From NCBI GenBank assembly GCA_002633005.1, contig NMRA01000045.1, forward strand, positions 799,552-863,551: a stretch of 64,000 nucleotides of DNA, given 5' to 3'. Made by a program: the position numbers and the translations under genes. The DNA comes from Phoronis australis. Lineage: Eukaryota; Animalia; Phoronida. Below the pieces are notes generated by a model. That model was given only the letters and a program-made list of their open reading frames with translations, had not been told where the DNA came from and searched no databases. This document shows, piece after piece, positions 1-11,470 of the stretch (position 1 is its first letter; every line of letters begins with the position of its first letter).

Positions 1-1010
1 AAAAACATTACCATGTTCCCATCTTGAATTGTTGTCGACTGGCCCTTAAACTCAAATCACAATCACACACGCGCCATTTTTGAACTGGGATTGGTCAATC
101 CATATAAACGTTTTCTAAAGCGTTTTCTTGAGTCGCTTGGCGATATTCTCGTTGGTATTGGTAATACAATACTGTCAAGGTAAGGGACATCATGACACCG
201 CTTCTCTCAGAATGAGGTCTAAGCAGTTTTTAGCCAAGGCGAAGTGAAGCTTTAATTACAAGTCCAACGCTGCTGTATGATACTCTCTCCTGTTTGACTC
301 CTCGTTTGCTCTGAAATTAAAATAGCGTTGACTGTAAAAAAGTTGCTACAGCGTAAACAGGCCCTCAACAGAGGGTGGAAAGTGAATCCCATACAGAATG
401 TCTGCGCAGCTCAAAGGTAGCCGAAGACGAGAGATACATGATAGTGAGCCAATAGACTCGCCAAGCAAAATGCTCAGCTCGTGTTTGTCAAGAGTCTCTG
501 CGTAAACTAAATACACAAAACGTATCGAGAGTGATATAGATGAAGTAAGATACGCGGAATAATGTTTAGTGGGATATTACTTCATCTACGCCAATTGAGG
601 TATGTTTTGTATTTATCCTATGCGCTTCAAATTCCTGTTTCTTTCATTTTTTTCGGCAGATTTTTATTACTTCACCCATACTGTTTACGTGGCGGATTAC
701 ATCCTATATGTATGTACTTGCGCGTTAGGTTACAAGTTTCCTCTAATAAAAGGAACTGTTTTAAATGTACCGGTTTCTTACTTGAAAAGAGATAACAAAG
801 ATGAAAACAACGGTAATTGTGCATTACACTTGTAACATTTCCTGAAAATAGTTAAATAACAACAATATTTGATATTGTAGTTACCGAGGAATCGGCGCCT
901 GAGTTGCAGATGATATAATATTTAGCAATTGAAAGCTCAGACAGAAGTGTCATATAATTAACAGTTTTGTTCCAGATGTTCTGTGTGGCACCTGATTGGG
1001 ACCTGCGTGG

Positions 1011-1981
1011 GTACACAACATGACTCTAGTACCTCAAAATAAATTTTATTATTATATCTTACTAGATTTCAGTGCCTTTAGTGCACACCTCATAAAGAAA
1101 CACGCAAAAATTGAAAAAATAATAATTATGTACAACGTCATGGGTTGAACCCAAGTCGTTCGCCATACTGTTCGGTTCAGAGACAAGGTGTATAGAGTGA
1201 AGAGAAAGCAAAATACATTTAGCGTCGAGAAGGTTCGTAGAGGGATCAAAAGATGTGTTTCCAGAGACTGCAGCAACAGCAGTCAGGCGGAGAACGTCTC
1301 GGTGTTCCGAAGGACACCAAAGTTGCGCAGAAGTGGAATCGCTTCGTGCGCTGAACGAGAGTGTGGGACGTCATCGTGGACCAAGCGATTCGGTCCGGGG
1401 CCACTCTGTGTTCTGCCCACTTTGAGGACTCGTGTTTCGACTCCAGTCACAGGAGACATTACGATGAAGGCCTGGTTCAATAAAGGACAATATTTATCAT
1501 TCAGAAACATCAGCTCTTAATTCAGGATCGTCTGTTGGGTGACTGCGTTGACTCGCCGAGCCCGAGGCCGCTTCTCTCGCGGGAGGATCCAGTTAGTAAG
1601 GCTCAAAGTAGAAAAGTACGCTGCCGGAAGCACATTAAACTTATTCTCGCTTTCGTGCAACCCCATTTCCTCATCCTGGCCACCATTCCCGTACGTTTCT
1701 CATAGTATTCGTTCAATTCTTGCTCATAATCGTCGTCGCTTTCAAATTCCCTGCTCTCCGCCATTGTTCAATGCTAGTCACTGATCTCTTGTGTTCAACC
1801 CATGACGTCACATGGCGGGAAATGTGAAAATAGGCAAAATTGAAAGAAAAGTCAAAATTTCGAGCTAATTACACAAAATAATCATGGGTTTAGTTAATTT
1901 TTTTTTTTAAATTTTACGTCAAACATTTAGTTTGTGGCCATCGGTAATTCAAAATGTGCAAAAATCCATGTTGTGTACGGT
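1011..1981. mobile_element. Internally deleted Kolobok-like DNA transposon
   Basis: Terminal IR GTACACAACATG (1011-1022) / CATGTTGTGTAC (1967-1978) followed by TTAA. Perfect 16-bp subterminal IR at 1135-1150 / 1793-1808. Convergent THAP and KolX-like ORF remnants inside. Confidence 0.65.
1245..1440 (+). pseudogene. Degenerate THAP zinc-finger domain (transposase N-terminus)
   Basis: RCVSRDCSNSS...VSVF, then a frameshift to PKDTKVAQKWNRFVR*TRVW...LCSAHFEDSCF. This is the C2CH THAP signature with the conserved P, W and HF residues. Confidence 0.8.
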
Positions 1982-4900
1982 TTAAACCTTTACTGCTTGC
2001 AAGCGGGAAGTTGAAATTTAGCAGGAAATTCAGGTACCCTTCAGACTCTTTGGATTTGTAAAAAATCTGGCTGATTTCTGGAATCTGGAAAGTTTTGGAA
2101 GTCTGAATTCACTGTCTTTCAGTTCTTAGTAATCGATTATAAATGGTGGATTTGGGGTGAAAACTGCTATTTGGAGTATATTGACTCGTTTTTTTTTCAC
2201 GCAGCTGGCTACAGGTCCGGTAGTCGTAAAAGGTGGAAAATTGACTTTGGAATCAGTTTCAATAGACTTTGTGCAAGGTTTTTGAAGTCTTTGGTCCATT
2301 ATGTTCGTCAAATTTTCAGGTTTTGTACATCCTGTGCGGAACAGAGTGTTGGAGCTGAGGCGACCTGGTTTTTCAAGCCCGAATCAGCAAAAACTGTTGA
2401 GTGCCACCACAATAGATGTTTCGCGCCTAGACATGTGTTCCCATGGAAGGAGATTTAAGCTCGCAAATATGAGTAAGTCACGCAACTGTAACGAAATTTT
2501 GAGTCGAATTTTCCTGCTTAAACACGGCTGCGCTGTACAGACAAAAGACATAAACGGTGATCTTGCGGCGAACAATTTTCATGTGGAACAGTGAATTCTG
2601 TCAAACAATTTAAAGACCTGAAATCTAGCCTCGTCGACCAATCGCTTCAGTTATTATTGTCATTTTGCAAGTCTATGTTAGTAAGGTTTCACATAACACT
2701 TATCTTTCCCTCGTGTTCAATCGTGTGATTTTGCGCGGTCTTGCGTAATCTCGCATGAAACTTGGTTCGTACGGAACGCAACCCCGGTGACTGCCTGCTC
2801 GCCATCTAGCGTCAGGCTGGAAACCTGTCACTAGAATGCATATTATTTGCGTATACAGATAAGCTCACGCTAGGCTCATGGTATACCTTAGTGGTCAGGG
2901 TTAGAATCATTAAATGAGCCCATGGCTAGTTGCCGTACTTGCACGACTTGACGCGAGCTGTCACCTCAGCTTTCGTCTGATAATTCAGAACACAGTCTAC
3001 ACGAAAGATTTTAGTTTTTAGTTCTCAATGACGTGCTAAACGTGCAACGGCATTAAGGCAGAATTAGTTTTGATTATATCGCGAAAACACTGCTTAGCAT
3101 CACTTTAACGTGTTTTTATAATACAGCATGCCTGTAAGAGCCAAGTCCAGAGTCAGAAAGTTCCTGTCACGCCACCACGGCTGTGATTGCGATATCGCAT
3201 TAACAGGCTTACAATATCTACGTAAACGTTCGGCGTGTGTCAGTCTTATCTAAATCAAATAATCGACTTGTGTGCCTAACGTTTTACTAAATTTGAAATT
3301 TCGTCGCTTTCGATAAATAGACAGATTATCAATGACGACTCCTAGTGCACGTAAACGTGTCGAAAGATAATCAAATTTGAAAACACGACATATTGATGAG
3401 AAACGAGATAGTAATTTAAATGGGCAAAGTGAAATTTCACACCTTGATGATTTGTTAAGCAGACCTGGGCTTATGCCCATAAAGCATGTACTGTTCACAT
3501 GTACTGTTACGCATATGACAGATGGTGGTTAGTAACGAAAAGAAGGTAAAAAGCGAGTGATTAGGTTGGAACATCATAGTTTGTACAGTAGCTCAATTTC
3601 GTGACTAAAAATTTACATTATCACTTGCCCGTATGAATGTTGTCAATAAACAGTTATTAGAAAAACTCAATTTGTTTCTGAACTTTAGAAAAGAAAACGA
3701 TTAGCAAACCCGGCCCACGTATGGACTGCGCTCCGTGACCTAGTTCCTTGCTAGATTTTGTTGTAATATAGTTTGGTCAAAGCTAATAAGCTCAAAAAAT
3801 CCCTCCCGCTTAACGATTATCCCAAAATTTGTTTTTCGGCGTACAGTAGATAATGTCACTTTTAAGATTTTCTGGGTGGAATCAGTTTATTTTTGTCTAT
3901 TGCACGTTTTATGGTCCGTTTTACTTGTCACGGAACATAACTTGATACGTTCAAGTATCGGAATACAAAAAAATATTTTATCCACGAACTTAAAGTCCTT
4001 GTATCAAAAGGCATTGTCGTTCAAAAACTTAAAAATAAATACAAAATTGAATGATATGTAACATGGCATAATGTTCACATCCTTTCTGATATCAAACTAA
4101 AAGCCTTTTTAGTACAATTTTGTACATCGGCCGAGATCGGAAAATCGTCGACTATTCCCGTCTATTTCCGTGACCTGAGTTCCTGTGTGTCAGTTCAGGA
4201 ACGATTCCTGAATGCCAGTCATGTTGTCCTTGAAAACGTATTGATATCACCGTGAGCGCAAATACGTTGTTACTTTGTTTGATTGTTCTTGAATCCCATT
4301 TTGGTTCTCTTTATACAAACTTGATTATTTATTGTCCAAATTTTGTCTGTTCTTTGCATATGAAGAATGGTATTTAATGCATAATCATAAGTTTGTGAAG
4401 TGCCGTCGCAGTCTCCCTTTGCCAACACTCGGATACTGAGTTCAGCCCTGACTCATCGCGAGAGCACCTCAAATTTCAGCAACAGTACCCATTTAGGTAA
4501 TAAATTAGAGAAAAAAAGTTTCTTGATCAACAAATGTCTTATCTTTATCGCCATATCATGAAATTGATGCAAAGTACCAGCCTGAAGTGAGCAATTGCCC
4601 TGTCACGGTGTGACTACCCGGACGTCTTGTGAGGGCAGTGCGTAATTGGCAGCAAATCGGCACCGGCTTTACTGGCCGTTTCAAAATGTAAAATAGAAAA
4701 AAACACCGACATACGGCGATGTTTCGACAAACAAAAACAAGTTTTATCTCAAAACAGTGAGCTCCACACCTGTGCTTGATTTTGCTGCCAGTAGTAATTC
4801 CCCGGCCTGCAGTCGCCGTGACTCTTCACCGGGAAAATAATCACTTGCTTAATTGGCCTTGATTTTCAATTATCAGGGCAAATATATTTTCAAACCTCAC

Positions 4901-7314
4901 AAAAACAAACTTACAATATATAATTCTGTTGTCTAAATTTAAAAATTCCGCGCCGCAAAACGGGGCGGAGGGAGCGTAGTGAATTTTAGTCAATGAGCTG
5001 AATGTCGGCGATGGGAAAATGTTGCAGCGTTAGGAGCATGACGCAGTATTTTTTTAATCTCTTTGTCACAGGAATTTCACTCATTCAGGGCCGGGTAGCT
5101 AATTAATGTCTTCATCTTGCACAGATGTCCGCACACGGCAGGCCAAGCGGTTCGACTCCGCCGGCTAGCTGCGTATGCGAATGTTTCTGGCTAAGTGGGA
5201 ATTATTCCTTTTACTTTAAACTCATTAATACTTATATTGTACCACTTTGACGCCAGTTTTCTACCTGAAGTTATTTCGCCACCAATTGGTATTCTCTTGG
5301 CAGCCGCCCGGCCCGGCATAGCGAAGTCACGTCTAAATTCGTTTTCCATATTTTCGCAAGTTTAACTGTCAGAAAATTCTGACTGCATAGCAATTTTATT
5401 TAATAATTTTATGTTGCATGTTCGTTGTTCTGCTTATACTGTTTGCTTACCAGAGTTAATCAAACCCAGTAAAACACGTTTAGTCTAGCCCGCCATGGTC
5501 GGACCGTTGTTATTCAATCGTTACCGCAGGACTGTTACTAGTCCGTAATTTTATACAAGTGTCGGAAACTATCTTTGTATGTGTACGAAATTCATGATTT
5601 GAACCATTTATTCCGATGAAACAACCGGGGGGTGGCATGCCTTCGTCTTTTGTCAGTGCGAGTGGTCTCCGTCAGTCGATCGGTCTGCACCGGGTCATCG
5701 GCTGCAGGTCCGAGCCCGGCAAAATTTCTGTCAAAATTTATTTTGCTACATTTTGTCAACATTTTCAGTACAAGTTGTCCCTATTTTGGTTTTTGTAAAG
5801 TTGAGGTCCGATGTTGATCATTTTATCCCCGTTTGCAAGCTAGTAACAGACGCTGCTCCAGTCGCACAGCCGGCGTATACCTAGCCGGTTCCTGAATGAA
5901 TCGTACTTCCGGTTTCGCGGTTAGTTCAAAATGGCGGTGTGATCTTCAGGTCGTGAGTGACGCGTTTATATAAACTTTCTTCGACTACGGATTGCATATT
6001 GGTTATGGGATAAGTACTACGTGGTTCCTTAGAATGTCTTCTAACCATTTAATAAGGGTTAAAAACGTGTGCTTCTAGGACTTTAAGAAACAGAAACAAT
6101 TACCGTTTTACAAAAACATGATCTCGCAAATATCACGTGACAAACTTGCGTTACCCACAATGCCATTGTGAAGTAGTTCCAAAGGTTAGATTGCGCGTCG
6201 TGTAAAGACAAGTCACATCACAACTCATGCACGCACGGCAAGGGGACTCGGGAGGCTCGTTGGAGCCCCCCCCCCCCCCCCCTAAGTTGCAGAAGGGAGC
6301 AACAAGTTCCACCTTAGAGAAACAAACACTCCGAAAAAGTCCTCTAGAAAGGCAGGAACTACCTGAATTCGGCGAATGCACTACTCATAAAAGGTCCACA
6401 TTCTCAAACATTCGAGCCCTCATTTTAGGCTAGTTGCGCGCATGCAGCCGAGTCAGAATCAGCAGACATGTTGTGTTTGCAGTCGCGGACATAACAAAAC
6501 CATTGAAATTTCTTTTGCATTGTTCACCACAGACAGTTTTTTCTATAGGAATTTTAAAATTGAAGCTCTATGAAGAAATGAGAGGGCGTTAGTAACTTTC
6601 CACAAAAATATGCAATATAAAATTCATTACACTCACGGGGTATTTGATTGCATTACTGACGGGGTGGAGATGGATATTTATGACACAGCCCATTTAGAAA
6701 GTGAATTCGAAAACAAGGGACCCATTTGTATGGAGCTAGCATGAAAAGGCGACCCTTTCGTAGGCTTTGTTCCAGAAATTAATTCCATGTATCTAAACAT
6801 TTAAGGTGTTTTGGTGACATTGGAATAATTATATAGCATCATTTCTTGGCCACAGAACCAGTTGCAGTCTGATTTCGAGGTTAGATATAAACAAATTCTT
6901 GACGTTCTCGCATCACCAAAATCAGGAAGTACGTCATAAGTCACCAACAACGAAAACAATAACTAACTAACGTACAAATGTACGGGCCACCATAGGTACA
7001 CTGACACACTGTTAACTGGAAAAGGAACAGAAATTTTTAAGCCTGGAACAGTATAAAACAGATGCCACTTTACTTAAAAAGAGTACACATTTTAGTGCAA
7101 CCAATGTTTTAAAAACTATATCAAAAACCCTTATCCAGCTTTATAACGCAATTGGAAAGGAACACTTTTTAGAGTTTCAAACACCCAAAGTGAACTTTTT
7201 GTAAGCAATTTTGGCGGAAAGGCGCCCTTTCGTAGGGAAACTGGTGTGACAGAGTGGCCCTTTAGCAGAGTCCCTCTGGGACTACACTGCGTGCGATACA
7301 CACAACTGAGTTAA

Positions 7315-7614
7315 AGGCGAAGGCAACCTTTTTTCATCATCATTTTAAGGTTCGTTGATTAACCCAAAAAAAGCAAACGACGACCGAACTTATCGCAACC
7401 GAGGTAGATCAATGACTGACTCGACAGCTCTCAAAGTCAGACTACAGAAAAGAAATTGGCGCGAAACTCTTGCCTGCCAAAACGTCACTTCCGGAGTAGA
7501 GGACGAGAAATTAATCAAATCATGAAAAGCTGTAATTAAGTGAAAAATGTGTCTGGGATAATCAACGAACCTTATTTTTGCTAAAAGTGACATGAAAAAA
7601 GGTTGCTTTCGCCT
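7315..7614. mobile_element. 300-bp non-autonomous Kolobok-type element (MITE)
   Basis: TTAA on both sides (7311-7314, 7615-7618), AGG...CCT termini, TIR AGGCGAAGGCAACCTTTTTTCAT / ATGAAAAAAGGTTGCTTTCGCCT, plus an inner IR AAGGTTCGTTGAT. Confidence 0.85.
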
Positions 7615-7701
7615 TTAAGACCGCGCAATCAAATGAATGGTGTGGACAAGTGCACCAAGCACATGACACCACCAAAATAAAATATTTCACAATGGGTACA
7701 C

Positions 7702-7832
7702 TTGATTGACTTTGCCGGTTGAGTCGCTCAACCAACCAAGACATCTGATTAGTTCAAGATGAACATTTCTGGCTTTCAAACCAATCAGATGTCTCAGCCG
7801 GTTTAACCGGCAGAACCGGCGAAGTCAATCAA
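7702..7832. mobile_element. Small hairpin MITE
   Basis: Outer IR TTGATTGACTTTGCCGGTT / AACCGGCGAAGTCAATCAA and inner IR AGACATCTGATT / AATCAGATGTCT. Confidence 0.6.
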
Positions 7833-9444
7833 ATGCAGCCACTGATGCAAGACCAAACATGCACACCAATCTCATCTTGACATACTCGCTAATTCTGATA
7901 TTAATTTCAATGAGAGCCTTTAGAAATGAAATTGGATTCTCGTTGCTAAAAATATTATTTCCGAAATCTTACGATGATGACCCAGTCATAAATTTTCCAA
8001 ATCCATGATTAGCAAACCTAGTTACGGAGGTCGATGTCAAACTGGTGGGCGATATGCAACTTACGTTGAATGTCTAATATGTCATAACACTGACATCTAG
8101 GCCACCTCTTTCATTCATAAAACGGTATCACTCTCTTACCCAGCAAACAAAAACTTGATCACGTACCGACTATAACTGGACATGCACCGGTTGCTGTGAA
8201 AAGACTGAACAGCTTCAATAATGATTTTGCATTGCAGGGACATGTTGCTGTGACGGGGTAACCTGGCTTGCATAAATCTGCACTGTACAGTCTGGGCATT
8301 TGCTTGAGAAACTTTTTGAAATTAATAAATCGACAAGACATGCGTTCTGCACAGATAATACGTCTTACTAAATAGACGAATCACAAGCGTCGTTCCCACT
8401 GGCTACATCAAGTACCTTATCTGGGCTTGTCATTGAATACATGTTGTAAACAGAGATTCAGCCCTTGCAACTAACCTTCTCGGGGCTATTTTATGCACAT
8501 TTACGTACGCATATTTATTCATCGACTACGCAACTTGTCTTTGCGCCCGCGGTGTCGTATCTAATCAGTTTAGTTAATAAAAGACCCCGGCACGCGTCGC
8601 ATTCCACATAGTTCGAAAACAGGTTCTAAGCCACGTGGCTGGCTCGGCACTCCCAAGAATTAACCAATCACCGATGGCCGATTTAAACCAAAACGCAGGT
8701 TGAATTGTGCTTGCGACCGGGGTTACCAGCACATGGTCGCGAGCTGCGTGCTGATTGAAACAGTCGTAGAAACGAAAAACAGAACTTAAAAGTTTTTCCT
8801 CAGCATTTAAGAGAAATGAACCACCAAACATCTCAGTGCATTTCCCGAGATCTGAATATGAGGGGCCGACGGAAGGGGTACCCAGGGTTTAATTTTCGCA
8901 GTCGTATCTACAAGTATACGAATAAAATTGCATTTTGTCAATATTATATAATTAAGACGAGGTTTCCACTGCGTCTATGTAGCCCTGTGTGTGGAGTATC
9001 ATGACGTGAGTGAAATGTGTTTTAGGCTTCAGAGCGGATCTTTGCATGGATTTGTCTTTAATTATTCGTTGCCATCCTGAATTTCAGATCCGGGATTTTA
9101 CACAAAGTTACATAATATGGTTTGTAAAGCAGGATTTTGAAAAAAAATTCAAATCAAAACATCATTGCTACTGTTGTGTAATAATTAAGCTTACTAAATC
9201 AACTATTTTTTACCCTAGTCAGGTTTACATCGTATTCGTGTGTTCTCTGGTGTTGTAACAACACTCCACGTGAAACACAAGCGTGAAAGGACGAGTAAAA
9301 AGGCGGTGGCTCTACTGATTAGTTTTTCAATGTTGTTGAAGCGGGATTATAAAAAATTGAACGGTGTAAGCTGCACAAGACATGTCTCAAGGCTACACGA
9401 GAAGCAAAAGTAAAGACAACTCAAGTGTTTAAGGTTTTACGTTT

Positions 9445-9450
9445 TTTATT
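9445..9450 (-). terminator. Candidate polyadenylation signal of the ASCL mRNA
   Basis: AATAAA on the minus strand (tttatt on +) at the end of a minus-strand U-rich tract at about 9450-9800 that resembles a 3'UTR. Confidence 0.45.
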
Positions 9451-9974
9451 TTTGTATAAAAATTGTAAACAGTGTAAAAACTCAGCAATTCTTATTCATA
9501 TGGCTAACGAACAGCAATAGAAACTTAAAATTTATCCAGGTATGAAAAACAGCATCATGTCGTAAACCAACAACAACGTTTCATAACAGTGACTAGGCCT
9601 ATATAGGTATGCGAAGCTACAATAACTGGCTCTTAAAATCCAGGTCTCTGTCATTAGTAACAGGTATTTTGCAATGTTAGGTAATAAAATAAAAGTTAAA
9701 TGGTCACAGGTAACGTTATAGTACACATTACAATTAATAAAATATCTGGTAACAAAACAATGGAAAAATAAAATACTCTTCTTTAAGATATCAGGAAGCT
9801 CGCAACAAATATTAGTTCGGTAACTGTCGGCGTGGAGGAAATTTTCGCAGGGAAGCGACGACAGGTACGCCTTTGGAATGCGGGCGAAGCAGCTTCAGCC
9901 GATCGCTGAACAAAGAGATGACGCGGTCTGCATGCTTGTAACTACTTTGAAGTTCACGGCAACAACACTTCTAC

Positions 9975-10622
9975 CTGAAAAACCAAACATCGTTTTGAAC
10001 GAGAGCGATAAAATCACCTATCGCAACCACAAATAGAAGCTGTCCTTTGATGCGCAGTCAAATAATTATACCCGATAAATCAGTCATTTGAATATAATCT
10101 TCCGCTTGGATGCCCCTTTGTAATACATAGCCAAGTCCCCTTGCCAAACACAGATCTTTTTTGCAGTTGCGCTGCGCCAAAAAGTGTCCCCTCCCACTGC
10201 AAACATAGCCGTGTGACTGGCATTGGGTGAAACGTGTGGGCGAGGTTTGAAAATGTGCTTGTCTTCCTCGTAAACTAATACACGATAACAAGACAACCAG
10301 TCACCTGCCCAGCTAGACAATAAATGAAATTAATGGTCTACGGTTCTTTCATGGGTTACAATTTTCAGGATACGCGGCGTCAGGCAAAACCCTTCAGCTC
10401 AAAATAGGACACTGGGAATCGAGCACGACAGGTATTATAGATTACTAGTTGTTTGCGGAAAGGTTATCTTGTACGGCGCTTTATCGAACAGGATTAGAGA
10501 ATATAAACAGTGTAACGATAGCGAATTTTGCAAAGCCATTAAATCTTTCACAAATAAAAGAAAGTTGTTCAAATTGAAAATCATGTCGTAGCGATAATGA
10601 AAGTGTTGCATCGACAACGTAC
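9975..10622 (-). other. Predicted intron in the ASCL 3'UTR
   Basis: Donor GAG|GTACGT 23 nt after the stop codon (GT at 10622-10621). Acceptor GTTTGGTTTTTCAG ending at 9975. Confidence 0.55.
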
Positions 10623-10645
10623 CTCTGGTATGATTAGCACAATTT

Positions 10646-11287
10646 TCAGTCGAACCACGATGAGAAATCTAGCAGTTCTTGATCCTCTGGGCTATAAGTT
10701 TCCGCAAGGCTTTCTGCTTCGCTACTGTCCACTGAACCACACGGCGACAAAGCCGGCGTTAGTGAACTACCTAACGCTGCGTCCACTGCCGCTCCTTCGT
10801 CCAGTAGCTCCTGTAGGTGCTTTATGTACTCAATTGCGCACCGCAAAGTGTCAACCTTACTCATTTTTCTAGCTTTCCCATTTTTTGTTATTGTAGGCAA
10901 CTGCTGTCGCAGTTTGACGAAAGTATTGTTAATTGTTTTCACGCGATTTCTTTCTCTCTCATTTCTCCTAGATACAGTCACTGGTTGTGCTTTCGGCAGG
11001 TTGTAACCAAATTTGGCAAAGTCTAATCTGCGCTTACATCGTAAAGCCGACGAAGTCGCATTCTGCTGGGCCTGTGTGGCCGGAGCGATCTTTATTGGTG
11101 TTCTTGACGGCGAGCAGTTGACGCTTCCTGATGTAGACGACGGCGATGATGCAATGGACGTGTTGTTACAGTAGTTCGCTGTGACGAGCAAAAAAGTTGG
11201 CTGCGTGCCGCCTGCAGCTGGCACCGCTGACGTAATGAATGCTGGGATGAAATTTTCTCCACAATTTGCTTGAATTTCCCAAGACAT
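10646..11287 (-). CDS. ASCL1: Achaete-scute family (ASC-a, ASCL1/2-like) proneural bHLH transcription factor, uninterrupted CDS, 213 aa
   Basis: Basic region and [30 protein letters not shown]...[22 protein letters not shown], preceded by the CKRRLDF..FGY.LP..QP motif and ending in the ASC-a C-terminal motif [14 protein letters not shown]. Confidence 0.97.
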   Translation of the reverse strand: MSWEIQANCGENFIPAFITSAVPAAGGTQPTFLLVTANYCNNTSIASSPSSTSGSVNCSPSRTPIKIAPATQAQQNATSSALRCKRRLDFAKFGYNLPKAQPVTVSRRNERERNRVKTINNTFVKLRQQLPTITKNGKARKMSKVDTLRCAIEYIKHLQELLDEGAAVDAALGSSLTPALSPCGSVDSSEAESLAETYSPEDQELLDFSSWFD

Positions 11288-11354
11288 TTTGCATAGAGTT
11301 CATATGGTTTGTTGCACGTGATAGCGTGATGATGTCATGCAGCTGTGTGGAAAT

Positions 11355-11470
11355 CTAACTGGCGAACGACCTTGGTGCATTTATACTCTAACTCAGCAAT
11401 CGGCGTCGGGTCTTGACTCCGCCCACTTTAATGGGGCATTGTGCCTCGTCCGTAGGCCACACGTCAGACG
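11355..11470 (-). promoter_or_regulatory. Core promoter of the ASCL gene: TATA box, GC box, Inr-like element
   Basis: On the minus strand: TATAAAT at 11385-11379, Sp1-type TGGGCGGAGT around 11425-11416, CCAGTT (Inr-like) at 11362-11357 and TGACGT at about 11466-11461. All lie 70-180 bp upstream of the ATG. Confidence 0.65.

Noticed and set aside
10255-10268. Drosophila-type proneural box (GGAAGACAA) in the ASCL 3' region
   Set aside because: It is only a partial match and falls inside the predicted 3'UTR intron. It could occur by chance.
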